In this document: positions 23,983-34,068 of the stretch, in pieces
Position numbering within the stretch: the first letter of the stretch is position 1
How the letters are laid out: each line of letters begins with the position of its first letter
Assembly: GCA_963668315.1 (NCBI GenBank)
Contig: OY764216.1
Coordinates: forward strand, 32,001 to 96,000
Reading direction: 5' to 3'
Source: Spirochaetia bacterium
GTDB lineage: Bacteria; Spirochaetota; Spirochaetia; DSM-2461
Length of the DNA stretch: 64,000 nt
Position numbers and translations under genes: made by a program
Notes under the pieces: model-generated
Seen by the model: the letters and a program-made list of their open reading frames with translations, nothing else
The model's database searches: none
What the model was told of the DNA's origin: nothing

Positions 23983-24747
23983 ATGCTCTATTACTGCCAG
24001 ACAGGAAAACGTAACTACGGGAACAGCCCGGTAAGAATCTATATGCGGCCCTATTGGGAATTCATGATTTTCCTCAAGGGAAAAGCCTGTCCCTCCTTCT
24101 CACGGGAGGAAAGGACCAATGAAAATCATAACTTCTGGATATTCCGGCCCGACTGCTCCCATGGATGGAACGACGAAACAAAAAAAGAGTGCGAAGTGGC
24201 CGTCTTCCACTTCGCCTCCGTTCCCCCGGCACTGGAAGAGAGGATGAAACTCTCTCCCCGCCTCTCCTGTGAACTGAGCGCCGATTTACGGGAGGAGATA
24301 AAAAACATCGCCCTGTCGGTCAAAGATCAGGTTAAAAAGCCCGGTCCCAACAGTCAGATGCTTTTCCAGCTCACGCTCCTCCGTCTGACCTATCTTTTTC
24401 TGGAAAACAGCGATCTCTCCCCCGTCCCGGCCAGCCGTGAGGAACAGATCGTAAACGCCGCGGTGGCCTGGTTCAGCTCCCATATGGAAGAGGGGGTCGG
24501 GGTAAGGGAAACGGCCGAGAAAATGGGCTATGATGTGAGTCACCTGCGAAGAATGTTTCAGAAGGTGAAGGGCCGATCCCCCCGGGAAGAGCTGCTCGAT
24601 GTGAAGATGGCCCGGGCCCGGGGGCTGCTCAGACAGGGGTCATCCGTTCTTGATACGGCTCTGGCCTGCGGATTCAACAGCCACTCCAGTTTTACCAGAG
24701 CATTCACATCCTTTACCGGCAAGCCCCCCCGGTATTATCTGACGTAA
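23983..24747 (+). CDS. AraC-family transcriptional regulator
   Basis: SHLRRMFQKVKG and ALACGFNSHSSFTRAF. Promoter TTGACA-17nt-TACCAT at 23949-23977. Confidence 0.92.
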   Translation: MLYYCQTGKRNYGNSPVRIYMRPYWEFMIFLKGKACPSFSREERTNENHNFWIFRPDCSHGWNDETKKECEVAVFHFASVPPALEERMKLSPRLSCELSADLREEIKNIALSVKDQVKKPGPNSQMLFQLTLLRLTYLFLENSDLSPVPASREEQIVNAAVAWFSSHMEEGVGVRETAEKMGYDVSHLRRMFQKVKGRSPREELLDVKMARARGLLRQGSSVLDTALACGFNSHSSFTRAFTSFTGKPPRYYLT

Positions 24748-25400
24748 TCTCCGATAGGGGGAATATTTTTCAGCTCCTCCGCAATAAGCGAAGCGATCTT
24801 CTGCGCCCCCTTTACGGAGAGGTGGGTATTATCCTCTTTCCCCTCGGGATAATTCTCATACTCTCCCGGCGCTAGGATGAGAAAGTAGGAACGGGACTTC
24901 TCATCCCCCTCCTCTTCCAGCCAGCTGCGGGTAATCTCAGTCATATCGATTACGGGAATATTCTCCCTCAGGCCCAGCTCCTTCACCGCCGCCGGATAAT
25001 CACCGTGGCAGTCCGGATCCAGTTTATCGCCCAGGAAATGGCGGCGGTAGATGGAGGTAAGGAGAAGAGGATGGGCCCCGTTATCCCGGGCGACCCGGAC
25101 GAATTCAAGGAGCTTCTCCTGGTAGCTCCCGAAGGGCTCGGTATGCCTGTCGGGCTTGGGTTTCTGATCGTTATGGCCGAACTGAATAAACAGCCAGTCC
25201 CCCGGTTTGATCCGTGTCTCAATCTCGGCAAGCCGCCCTTCATCGATAAAGGATTTCGTACTCCGCCCATTCATGGCATGATTGGAAACGTGGACATCTT
25301 CCCGTAAAAAACCGGGAAGCGCCTGTCCCCATCCGGTTTCGGGATAAACGTCGTCCGTCTTATTAGCGCAGGTGGAATCACCCGCCAGATAGATGGTCAT
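24735..25400 (-). CDS. Rhamnogalacturonan/pectin acetylesterase (SGNH, CE12-like)
   Basis: LAGDST, GWGQ, GRSTKSF, IQFGHNDQK, DNTH. Confidence 0.92.
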   Translation of the reverse strand: MTIYLAGDSTCANKTDDVYPETGWGQALPGFLREDVHVSNHAMNGRSTKSFIDEGRLAEIETRIKPGDWLFIQFGHNDQKPKPDRHTEPFGSYQEKLLEFVRVARDNGAHPLLLTSIYRRHFLGDKLDPDCHGDYPAAVKELGLRENIPVIDMTEITRSWLEEEGDEKSRSYFLILAPGEYENYPEGKEDNTHLSVKGAQKIASLIAEELKNIPPIGDYVR

Positions 25401-26941
25401 CACTCATTACCTCCATTAATTTCAACATAAGACACTTCAAGAACCGGACGGGACGTTTCCTTAGTCCCCAGGCAGTAAAGGCCGAACCGGGCTCCGATCC
25501 AGCGTCCCTCCTTTGCCTGAAAGGGAGGTCCCATATAGCGGATCTGTCCCTCCTCTACATAACCGAACCGGCATAATCCTCCGGCATTCACAGAAACAAA
25601 GAGAACGGTCATCGCTCCTTCCAGGGGCTGCCTGTTCAGGATTTCCTCTCCGCGCCTGTAGGCAAGAAAGAGACCTTCCTCACCGCAGCAGATTCCCAGC
25701 CTTGCCGACTCCAGCCCGGTGACGGCAATCCCAGCTTCGTCTCCCGGGGAGAAATCCAGAGCCTCCATCGCAACCCGGGCGGTAAATTCGGGGGCATTGA
25801 TCTTCTGTCCGAGGATGCGGGGATACACACCAAAGGCCTCCATCCCCTCTATTTCCGGTTTATCCCCGCCGTAGAGTCCCCCCTTCAGCATAAGAGATGA
25901 ACCGGTCAGTTCATACCATTCTCCGGAATGATTGGCGTTCCACTGCCACTGGAGCCCCAGAGACTTTCCGGAAAAATTATCCGACGCAGCGGGGGCGCAG
26001 GGCTTGACCGGCGGGCCGGCCGGCTTCTTCCATGACGGAACGGGCTTGCCCACGCCGTCGCCATCCTGCTCAGTCCCCATCAGGGGCCATCCGTCTTCCC
26101 AGCGTACCGGCTGAAGATGGACGATCCTCCCCCAGGGCTTATACTCCTGAAAATGGATAAACCACCAGGCCCCCTCTCCGTCGTCCACGAGAGCGCCCTG
26201 GTGGGGGCCGTTTGTCAGGCTGCCCCTCTGGGCCAGTACGGTTTTTTCCTCATAGGGGCCGTATACCGAATCGGATCGGAAGATCATCTGCCATCCCTGG
26301 GCCACTCCTCCCGCGGGGGCGCTGATGTAGTAACGGCCATCGAATTTATGGAATTTCGGGCCCTCCAGGGTAGGGATACGCCCCATGGCATACACGGAGT
26401 CCTGCCCTTCTCCGAGAACGTTCCGCAGATCGGGAGAAACGGGAATAATATGGAGAATACTCTTCTTCTTCGCCCGGGAGTAGGCATACCCGTGAACGAT
26501 ATAGGCCTTCCCGTCGTCATCCCACAGGGGACAGGGATCGATCAGCCCCTTTCCCTCCAGCAGAAGCCGCGGCTCCCCCCACTCTCCCGCGGGGTCCCGG
26601 GTCTCGACGACATACAGCCCCTCATCGGGAGAAGGAAACACAATATAGAACACCCCCTGATGATATCTTATCGCCGGCGCCCATACGCCGCATCCGGGAC
26701 GGCAGACATCATACCGTTCATGGGGAAAATTTCTGATGCCGTGGCCGATAAGCTCCCAGTTCACCAGATCGGGGGACCTGAGGATCGGGAGTCCCGGTGT
26801 GCAGTTAAAACTGGAAGCGGTCATATAAAACCACTCGCCTACGCGGATAACATCGGGATCGGAATAATCGGCGAATAGAACGGGATTCCGGTAGGTCCCG
26901 TCTCCCCGGTCGGCCTTCCAGAGGGTGCTTTTATTTTTCAT
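25400..26941 (-). CDS. GH43 beta-xylosidase/arabinofuranosidase
   Basis: DYSDPDVIR, WAPAIRY, IDPCPLWD, EGPK, GPHQG, plus a C-terminal ConA-like domain. Confidence 0.93.
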   Translation of the reverse strand: MKNKSTLWKADRGDGTYRNPVLFADYSDPDVIRVGEWFYMTASSFNCTPGLPILRSPDLVNWELIGHGIRNFPHERYDVCRPGCGVWAPAIRYHQGVFYIVFPSPDEGLYVVETRDPAGEWGEPRLLLEGKGLIDPCPLWDDDGKAYIVHGYAYSRAKKKSILHIIPVSPDLRNVLGEGQDSVYAMGRIPTLEGPKFHKFDGRYYISAPAGGVAQGWQMIFRSDSVYGPYEEKTVLAQRGSLTNGPHQGALVDDGEGAWWFIHFQEYKPWGRIVHLQPVRWEDGWPLMGTEQDGDGVGKPVPSWKKPAGPPVKPCAPAASDNFSGKSLGLQWQWNANHSGEWYELTGSSLMLKGGLYGGDKPEIEGMEAFGVYPRILGQKINAPEFTARVAMEALDFSPGDEAGIAVTGLESARLGICCGEEGLFLAYRRGEEILNRQPLEGAMTVLFVSVNAGGLCRFGYVEEGQIRYMGPPFQAKEGRWIGARFGLYCLGTKETSRPVLEVSYVEINGGNE

Positions 26942-27782
26942 CGCGGGTTTCCTGCCTGAACATGTCCTCAAGCCAGCGGCCGCTCAGGTCCATCCAGGTG
27001 GCCACGTGGGAATCTTCATGAACCGTCTCGGCCGTATTCGTTTCGGCCGTTGCCAGAGAAGCCCCATGGGCCCCGAAGGGGTAAACATGAAGTTCATGGG
27101 TCACACCCGCCCGTCTCAATCCCATGGCAAAAAGATAGCTGTTCTCCACGGGAACGGAGCCGTCATTTTCCGTATGCCAGATGAAGCAGGGGGGGGTCCC
27201 GGGGGTTATCTGTTTTTCCAGAGAGTGGTATTCCCGGGCTTCGGTACTGTTTTCCTCTCCCAGGAGATTATCGAAGGAACCGGCATGCCTGTACTCTCCC
27301 CCCGTAATGACAGGGTAGCAGAGAATCATAACGTCGGGACGGTTCATCCCCCTCTCGGGGCAGCACTCTTCCCTCAGCACGGGTTCATCCCAGTGAACAG
27401 CCAGACTGGCCGCCAGGTGCCCCCCCGCGGAAAATCCGCAGAGAGCGATATTCTCGGGGATGACACCCAGATCCTCCGCGCAGGAACGGACCAGAGCCAC
27501 CGTGCGGGAGACATCCCGAAGTCCTTCGGGATAGCGGTGGGGAGCCACACGGTAATGAAGCACCAGAGCATGATATCCCCTGCCATTGTAAGCCCGCGCC
27601 ACCGGAGCCGATTCCCGGGGAGAAGTAAAGCCGTAACCCCCGCCGGGACAGATAACCACGATGGGCCGGGGGTCGTCCCCCCCTATGAAGAAAGGTTCCA
27701 GCAGAGGCTTATCGTCCTCTCCGTTTCCGGCCAGGCGGCTCAGCTCATTCTGAATCCATACTACTCTCTCTTCCCTGTTCAT
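26931..27782 (-). CDS. Alpha/beta-hydrolase esterase (carbohydrate esterase-like)
   Basis: CPGGGY oxyanion motif, GFSAGG nucleophile, D..VP, GAHG. Confidence 0.88.
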   Translation of the reverse strand: MNREERVVWIQNELSRLAGNGEDDKPLLEPFFIGGDDPRPIVVICPGGGYGFTSPRESAPVARAYNGRGYHALVLHYRVAPHRYPEGLRDVSRTVALVRSCAEDLGVIPENIALCGFSAGGHLAASLAVHWDEPVLREECCPERGMNRPDVMILCYPVITGGEYRHAGSFDNLLGEENSTEAREYHSLEKQITPGTPPCFIWHTENDGSVPVENSYLFAMGLRRAGVTHELHVYPFGAHGASLATAETNTAETVHEDSHVATWMDLSGRWLEDMFRQETRDEK

Positions 27783-28768
27783 CCAAGTACCTCTTTATAC
27801 CAGCGGATCATATCCCGCCCCTGAATTTCGTGCCCTCCCTCGGGCACATATGTAACAAAACGATCACCACAGCCGGCCTGATCGTAACAGGCCCCCATCC
27901 TCTCCATGGCGATCTGAGCTCCCTTGAACGGGAAGACACGGTCATTCAGACCGGCTTCTATGTAAAGGGGACGGGGAGCGACAAGATGGGCTATTTCCGG
28001 CTGATCCGCAAGGGTCAGCAGACCGGGAATATAATTATCCGGGCAGTGGGTCTGCTCAAAAATACTCTCCCCGAAGGTAGAGCAGTATCCTGCCAGTCCC
28101 AGGGCGCCGATTCTTCTATCCAGAGCGGTGAGCAGATATCCCAGGAGCCCCCCTCCGGAAAATCCGAAACAGCCGAGTCTCCCCATCCAGAACTGTCTTT
28201 CCATAAGATCCAGTGTTACGAGGAGCTGCCAGAGGCGCAAGCCAGTCAGTGAATATCCCAGGGGGAGGAGCTTCAAGGCCAGGGTCCGGCAGGAATTATC
28301 CCCCGGGGATTGGCGGTCCTCCTCCAGCCGGCAGCGGCCGAATCCGATAATCTCAGGCATTACAACGGTAAAACCCGCTTCTGCCAGAGTTCGCCCGAAA
28401 GAATGATGGCACTCTTCGGGTCTATACTCCCCCGTCATGGCGCTGACTCCCGGGCCATGGCCGTTCAGGGCCAGAATGGTCATGCCCGAATCGCGTTCAC
28501 CCGAAGGGGTCAGAAGGGTTAAGGGAAAATCCGCTTCTCCCCGGACAAGGAATTCCTCATGGCAGTAATGCTTCTCCTCTTTCCGGTTCAGGGTTTCGAT
28601 GTTTTCGATACGCCTGGAAAAGGGAGGAATCCCCAGCCCGTCCCTGAGAGCGCCGCGGAAAGTCTCTTCCCAGAGGGATCGGTCTTTCCCTGTGAAATAA
28701 CCGGGAGAAAAACGCGGGAGAGTTCCGGCCAGCAGCTTGTCGATCAAAGCCTCCGGAGAGTAATTCAC
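27779..28768 (-). CDS. Dienelactone hydrolase / acetylesterase-like alpha/beta hydrolase
   Basis: GHG, GFSGGG, HCPDNYIPGL, APRPL, GGHE. Confidence 0.8.
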   Translation of the reverse strand: MNYSPEALIDKLLAGTLPRFSPGYFTGKDRSLWEETFRGALRDGLGIPPFSRRIENIETLNRKEEKHYCHEEFLVRGEADFPLTLLTPSGERDSGMTILALNGHGPGVSAMTGEYRPEECHHSFGRTLAEAGFTVVMPEIIGFGRCRLEEDRQSPGDNSCRTLALKLLPLGYSLTGLRLWQLLVTLDLMERQFWMGRLGCFGFSGGGLLGYLLTALDRRIGALGLAGYCSTFGESIFEQTHCPDNYIPGLLTLADQPEIAHLVAPRPLYIEAGLNDRVFPFKGAQIAMERMGACYDQAGCGDRFVTYVPEGGHEIQGRDMIRWYKEVLG

Positions 28769-28786
28769 AGGATATATCCTCCGGGA

Positions 28787-29758
28787 CTACAGGGAGAGCG
28801 TCCGTCCCTCATCGGCGGACTGACGGCTCTTCAGGCAGATTCTTGTGACATAGAGGGCATGGTGGGCCCATTCGTCACGGTTTTTCTTCTCCCGGATATC
28901 CTTCATAAGGGAGGGGAATATCAGTGGGGGTTCCAGGAGGGGAAGCTCCCGGGTGCCCTTTTCATCAACCACGGTGACGCGTCCCTCCTTGGCCTCCACG
29001 ACGGCCCGGGTTCCCACCACGCGTGTTCGGTCATCCCCATGGGTCTCGGCTCCGGAAGGCCTGAGGAAATCGATAGTCAACGTCGCCAGGGCATCCCCTT
29101 CCAGCTTGTAGGAACAGACGGCCGTGGCTTCAAGGGAACCGTTTCCTCCGTTCGCCACAGTGGAGTGCCAGGCATTGATTTCACGGAAGGACTTCTTACC
29201 GTAGCGGTAGATCCAGTCAATCCCGTGGGCTCCCACCCAGGGGATGGTTCCGGTATAGGTGTCCCGTTCCTTGCAGAAATCGGCCCTTTTCCCCAGCTTG
29301 TAGGATTTCTGCGTATTGATAATACGGATATCCCCTATGTCATTGTTATCCAGATATTCGGAGAGGGTATAAAGGGGAGCTTCATAGGAGATCCCGAACA
29401 TACCCGAAAGGTAGACACCCTTCTCTTTCCAGAGGGCCTCCATCTCATCAAGCTCCTCCTCCGTTCCGGTCAGGGGTTTTTCGGCGAATACATGGCAATC
29501 CTTTTTCAGGGCGTACAGGGTAATCGGCGCGGCCAGGCCGTACCAGGTATTGTTAACCACCATCTCGGGCTTAGCCTCATCGATGAGAACTTTCCAGTCG
29601 TCGTAATACCGGGCGTTTTTCATGGAAGGATGACCCGCCAGGGACGAGACATCCTCATCCGGCGTACCGGGGGCATAGGCGACGATTTCGTCACAATCAT
29701 CCAGTGTATCAAGAACGTAATTTTTATGGCCCGATGAGCCGATAAGGGCGATTTTCAT
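28787..29758 (-). CDS. Gfo/Idh/MocA-family oxidoreductase
   Basis: MKIALIG Rossmann start, AEKP, GAHGID. First gene of the glycan-esterase operon. Confidence 0.88.
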   Translation of the reverse strand: MKIALIGSSGHKNYVLDTLDDCDEIVAYAPGTPDEDVSSLAGHPSMKNARYYDDWKVLIDEAKPEMVVNNTWYGLAAPITLYALKKDCHVFAEKPLTGTEEELDEMEALWKEKGVYLSGMFGISYEAPLYTLSEYLDNNDIGDIRIINTQKSYKLGKRADFCKERDTYTGTIPWVGAHGIDWIYRYGKKSFREINAWHSTVANGGNGSLEATAVCSYKLEGDALATLTIDFLRPSGAETHGDDRTRVVGTRAVVEAKEGRVTVVDEKGTRELPLLEPPLIFPSLMKDIREKKNRDEWAHHALYVTRICLKSRQSADEGRTLSL

Positions 29759-29850
29759 ACAGTTTACTCCTTAAGTCAACTTCTCGTATTATAGGAGAAA
29801 GGACCGACGGTCATCTTGACAGATAACATCGCCCCATTTGACATAATCGC

Positions 29851-30468
29851 TCATTTTGAAAAGTAGGTTGTAATACCCGTCAGCAGCATCTGTATGGACA
29901 TTGTGGTCAAAATCATCCCCATGAGTTTCTCTATGGCTCTCAAAACCTGAATGCCCAGTATCTTTCTCAGGCAGTCGGACAGAAGCAGAATGGTCGTGCA
30001 GATCAGGCTGGCGGAGAGAAGAGCCAGAGTGAGCATCATCCTCTGCGATGAATACTGGGTTGAGGATAAAATGACAAACGCCATGGCCGAAGGCCCGGCC
30101 TGCATGGGAACGGCCAGTGGAAAGAGAATCGGATCTTCCGGTTCCTTTTTACTTACCGGTCTCTCTTCATCACTGCTGCTGCCCAGATTCTTCTCAGGAC
30201 CGGGAAATATCATCTTGATGGCGATAAGAAAGAGGATAATTCCCCCGGAAATGCTCAATGCCGGTTGGGAGATATTGAGCCCCATCAGGAAATACTGCCC
30301 GAAGAACAGAAAGAACACCAGAATCAGAAAGGCGAAAAAGCTCTCCCTTAGTATGATGGCTCTCCTTCTTTTAGGAGAAAACAGTTCCAGAGTTGTCAGA
30401 AAAATGGGTATATTTCCGAAAGGATCCATGATAAGAACAAGCGTTATAATCGCTGTGTAGAGATTCAT
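29851..30468 (-). CDS. MarC family membrane protein
   Basis: IMDPFGNIPIF, SGGIILF, PLAVP..AGP, KLMG. Confidence 0.92.
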   Translation of the reverse strand: MNLYTAIITLVLIMDPFGNIPIFLTTLELFSPKRRRAIILRESFFAFLILVFFLFFGQYFLMGLNISQPALSISGGIILFLIAIKMIFPGPEKNLGSSSDEERPVSKKEPEDPILFPLAVPMQAGPSAMAFVILSSTQYSSQRMMLTLALLSASLICTTILLLSDCLRKILGIQVLRAIEKLMGMILTTMSIQMLLTGITTYFSK

Positions 30469-30521
30469 TATTCTATCCTCCGGCGTTAAAGTGTACCAGA
30501 GAGAGGGGGAATGTCAAGAGC

Positions 30522-31283
30522 TCAACGAAAACCTGCTCTCTCCAGATAGGAGTCGATATGGCCTCTGTCGGGCTGACTTCCTTTTGTGCTCTTCCTGGGA
30601 TAGGAAAACCAAGCCCCGAACAGATAGTCCAGATAGTGCCTGAACCCTTTCTCCTTCCAGTTTCCGATCATGCCGTACCGGGGATCTTCCGTATCGTAAA
30701 GATCGATCATCCTGTCCAGCTCATCCTCGGATAGACTTCGGTATTTTCCCGGATGAACGACTCCTTTTCCATTCAGCCGCCCCCTCCGGTGATCCGGTTC
30801 CTTCAAGGGATACCCCAGAATAACAGCCATCACGGGAACGCAGAATTTTTCCGGGAGATCCAGCACATCATAGAAAAGGTCCGGATCTTTTCTGTGCGGA
30901 GCATTGGTTATGAGACTGTCTATTCCCAGGGATTTGGCGGCGATTACGGCGGTCTGGGCCGCCAGAACCGTATCGCTGTGGGCCGTCACGTAATCCTGTA
31001 ACGTCCGGGGATCAAAAACGTACCCCAATCTGTCCGCCAGGTCGACCATGCGGTTATGATCGGCGCAGAAGAGAAGTGCCACACTGCCCTGGTAGCCGAA
31101 GAGACGGTGCATGACAGGCCTGTCCCTTATCACGACAACCGAGTAACTCTGCCTTCCCGACGCGGTGGCGGCCCTTGTCATATGGCCCAGTATTTGGGAC
31201 AGGTCTCCCGCCGAGACAGCCTTTTCGGAAAAATCCCCGTGGATCGACCGCAGACTTTCAATGGTACGCAGAACTTCATTCAT
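30522..31283 (-). CDS. Nitroreductase family flavoprotein
   Basis: RSIHGDF, RAATASGRQ, AAQTAVIAAKSLGI, LGYP. Confidence 0.88.
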   Translation of the reverse strand: MNEVLRTIESLRSIHGDFSEKAVSAGDLSQILGHMTRAATASGRQSYSVVVIRDRPVMHRLFGYQGSVALLFCADHNRMVDLADRLGYVFDPRTLQDYVTAHSDTVLAAQTAVIAAKSLGIDSLITNAPHRKDPDLFYDVLDLPEKFCVPVMAVILGYPLKEPDHRRGRLNGKGVVHPGKYRSLSEDELDRMIDLYDTEDPRYGMIGNWKEKGFRHYLDYLFGAWFSYPRKSTKGSQPDRGHIDSYLERAGFR

Positions 31284-31702
31284 ATTTTTTCCTCCAGATG
31301 TATCCTGATTTTTTCCAGAAGCTCATAAAGCAGCTGAACCTCCTCGGCGCTCAGTGATCCAACAGGATCGATATCAAGGGGATTCATTTTTCCGAGGGAA
31401 GATTCCAGGGCGGTCTTTCCTTCCTCGGTTAACCTGATGAGCCATTTTCTCCTGTCATGATCGTCCCTTTCCCGACTGATCCAGGATTTCTTTTCCATAT
31501 TGGAAATGATAACGGAAACCGTCGGCCTGTCGCAGAACAGCATCTCGGCTATTTCGGCAGGATAAAGCGCTCCTTTCGCCTTAAGCCTCTTTAAGAGGTA
31601 AAACTGCTTGATAGTGAGCCCCTCTCTGAGAAGGGGCGCCTCCAGATACCGTTTCCAGGCCAAATGCAGATGGCTTATCCGGGGCATGATTTTATCTTTC
31701 AT
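31280..31702 (-). CDS. MarR-family regulator
   Basis: GLTIKQF, DRPTVS, DRR...IRLTEEG. Confidence 0.92.
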   Translation of the reverse strand: MKDKIMPRISHLHLAWKRYLEAPLLREGLTIKQFYLLKRLKAKGALYPAEIAEMLFCDRPTVSVIISNMEKKSWISRERDDHDRRKWLIRLTEEGKTALESSLGKMNPLDIDPVGSLSAEEVQLLYELLEKIRIHLEEKI

Positions 31703-31715
31703 GAAACCCTCTCTT

Positions 31716-31771
31716 GTTAGAATTCTAACTATTCTAATTAGAACTCTAACTTATAAGACCCATTCTGTCAA
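31716..31771 (-). promoter_or_regulatory. marR promoter with two palindromic operators
   Basis: TTGACA-17nt-TAGAGT on the minus strand. GTTAGAATTCTAAC (31716-29) and ATTAGAACTCTAAC (31737-50). Confidence 0.75.
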
Positions 31772-31772
31772 C

Positions 31773-31801
31773 AAAAAAGGGACCGCCTTCCGGCGGTCCC
31801 T
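31773..31801 (-). terminator. Intrinsic terminator of cstA
   Basis: AGGGACCGCC-GGAA-GGCGGTCCCT followed by a T-run on the minus strand. Confidence 0.85.
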
Positions 31802-31823
31802 GCATTATCTCTGAATATTTACC

Positions 31824-33449
31824 TTATACGGCTTCGGTCAGCGATTCAGAATTCTGCTTGGTAAACAGAACCTTGTAAGACTCTTTGATAAGAATAAGAG
31901 AGAGGATGAAAAGTACCACCGCAAAGAATACCAGAATATAGTTACCCGATACGATATTTGCCTGTGCCACAAAAACCAGAGCTGTCAGAGTCACGAGAAA
32001 CATGAAAACCATGGGAATTTTTACCATGATGCTCGATTTCCCGCTCTTCGAAAGCCAGGCGCCCACGGCGAGAAGGGCCAGAGCCGCCAGGAGCTGGTTG
32101 GCCGAACCGAATATGGGCCAAATGGTCTGCCAGTCGGTAAACCCGACAAAACCGCCGATGGCAACGGAGATAGCCGTGGCCACATACATGTTGGTCAAAG
32201 CCTTCTTAACCGGCTTCTGCTCCTTTCCATCGCTTTCCATGGACCAGAACTCCTGGAAAATGAAGCGGGCCAGACGGGTGGCCGTATCCAGACTGGTCAG
32301 AGCGAAGGCGGATATGGCCAAGGCGATGAAGGGTACACCCACATCCATGGACAAACCGAATTTGTTCATGAAAGTCGCAACACCGATGGAGAAGGTGGGA
32401 ATGGCTCCGCCCTTCTGCATACCGACAGCGCCGATGGCAATCAGGGCGATGACCGCGAGAACACCTTCGATAAGCATGCCGCCGTAGCCGATGAGCTTGG
32501 AATCTTCCTCTTTGTCCACCATTTTGGAAGAGGTGCCCGAACCTACCAGAGAATGGAAACCGGAGATGGCTCCGCAGGCAACGGTGACGAACAGAATGGG
32601 GAACATATAGGAGTTGTTCACCTTGAAACCGCCGAAAGCGGGGACAAACTGGGGATTCATATGGGGTCTGGCAAAGAGAAGCCCCAGAACGGCTCCGGCG
32701 ATCATGGCGAACAGCAGGAAGGAGTTCAGGTAGTCACGGGGCTGGAGAAGAATCCATACGGGGGTGACGGAAGCAACGAAAATATAGGCCAGGAGAATCC
32801 ACATCCAGGCTTTGGCGGGAAGACTCAGGGGAAAAAGCATGCCCAGGTAGATACAGCCGGCCAGAAGGGCCACACCGATGACCGAGGAAACGGCCAGATT
32901 CATCCCTCTTCTATAGACGGCGAAACCGAAGACAACGGCAACGACCATGAAGAGAAGGGACGCCGTGGCGGCCTGGGGGGTGGAAGCGAAAGTGCCCGCT
33001 ACGATATTAAGGAACGCAGCGACGACAAGAACCAGGGTCAGCCAGGCAAAAATGGCGAAGAGCTTCTTGCCTCTGGTTCCGATATTCTTCTCGATAATCT
33101 CACCGATGGATTTTCCGTCATGGCGGATAGAAGCAACCATAGAACCGAAATCATGAACGCCTCCCACGAAAATGGAACCGATAACGATCCAGAGAAGCAC
33201 GGGTACCCAGCCGAACATGGCCGCGGCGATGGGGCCCGTTATAGGGCCGGCTCCGGCAATGGAGGCGAAGTGATGTCCCAGAACGACACCTTTGGAAGCG
33301 GGGACATAGTCGATGCCGTCCTCTTTTTCGTGAGCGGGAGTGGGTCTCTTGTTGCTGATGCCCCACTTACGGCAGAGCCATCCGCCGTAGAAAATGTAAG
33401 CTACCACAAATGCGGCAATCGCTAAAAAAATGATAACTAAAGAACTCAT
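31824..33449 (-). CDS. cstA: Carbon starvation protein A family transporter
   Basis: DGIDYVP, GHHFASIAGAGPI, LLQPRDY, ACGAISGFH, LTSLDTATR, WPIFGSANQLLA. Confidence 0.96.
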   Translation of the reverse strand: MSSLVIIFLAIAAFVVAYIFYGGWLCRKWGISNKRPTPAHEKEDGIDYVPASKGVVLGHHFASIAGAGPITGPIAAAMFGWVPVLLWIVIGSIFVGGVHDFGSMVASIRHDGKSIGEIIEKNIGTRGKKLFAIFAWLTLVLVVAAFLNIVAGTFASTPQAATASLLFMVVAVVFGFAVYRRGMNLAVSSVIGVALLAGCIYLGMLFPLSLPAKAWMWILLAYIFVASVTPVWILLQPRDYLNSFLLFAMIAGAVLGLLFARPHMNPQFVPAFGGFKVNNSYMFPILFVTVACGAISGFHSLVGSGTSSKMVDKEEDSKLIGYGGMLIEGVLAVIALIAIGAVGMQKGGAIPTFSIGVATFMNKFGLSMDVGVPFIALAISAFALTSLDTATRLARFIFQEFWSMESDGKEQKPVKKALTNMYVATAISVAIGGFVGFTDWQTIWPIFGSANQLLAALALLAVGAWLSKSGKSSIMVKIPMVFMFLVTLTALVFVAQANIVSGNYILVFFAVVLFILSLILIKESYKVLFTKQNSESLTEAV

Positions 33450-33970
33450 GTTCTCTCCTTCGGGCAGATTTTCTCCGGAAGGAAAAAAGCTGCGGTTTTC
33501 ATAAAATGTCTATGTGTCACGACCCGGTTTTCCCCCAGGGACAGTATGACCAGAATCAAATCGGCCCAGCCCCGGAACCCCAGAGCGAAGCCTTTCTGGT
33601 AACGGAAACGGCGGGCAAGGCGGGCCCATTCCGAAGGGATATCCCCTTCCGTGACCAGAAGCAGTGTCAGCAGGGAGGACATATGGTCTCTCTGCGGCTC
33701 AACGAGACGGGGGATTTCATCCTTCATCCTGTCCAGCTCGTTTTTCAGAGAGAGGGAATCGCCCCCGTTCTGTTTTCTTATCCAGAGAAACTCGTTATTC
33801 TCATAACCGTAAATCTGCACCTTTTCGGACAGCATATACTTGGAATTCCTGATATTCATCGTTCCGAAAAGATCATAGGAATAGTTATCAATAGCCTTGT
33901 CTGAACAGAGATCAAACTGAGATGACAACTTCTCCCCCAGGGCAGACAAATAGGTTTCATAGGATAGCAT
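33446..33970 (-). CDS. Hypothetical protein, translationally coupled to cstA
   Basis: 174-aa ORF whose stop overlaps the cstA start (ATGA). Confidence 0.7.
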   Translation of the reverse strand: MLSYETYLSALGEKLSSQFDLCSDKAIDNYSYDLFGTMNIRNSKYMLSEKVQIYGYENNEFLWIRKQNGGDSLSLKNELDRMKDEIPRLVEPQRDHMSSLLTLLLVTEGDIPSEWARLARRFRYQKGFALGFRGWADLILVILSLGENRVVTHRHFMKTAAFFLPEKICPKERT

Positions 33971-34068
33971 GGGGAATATAATACCAGATTATGGAGATAT
34001 GTAAAGTCTTATTTAATAGAGAATTAGCTATATTTTTGCAATTTATTATTGCGTTATACGCAATGTTG

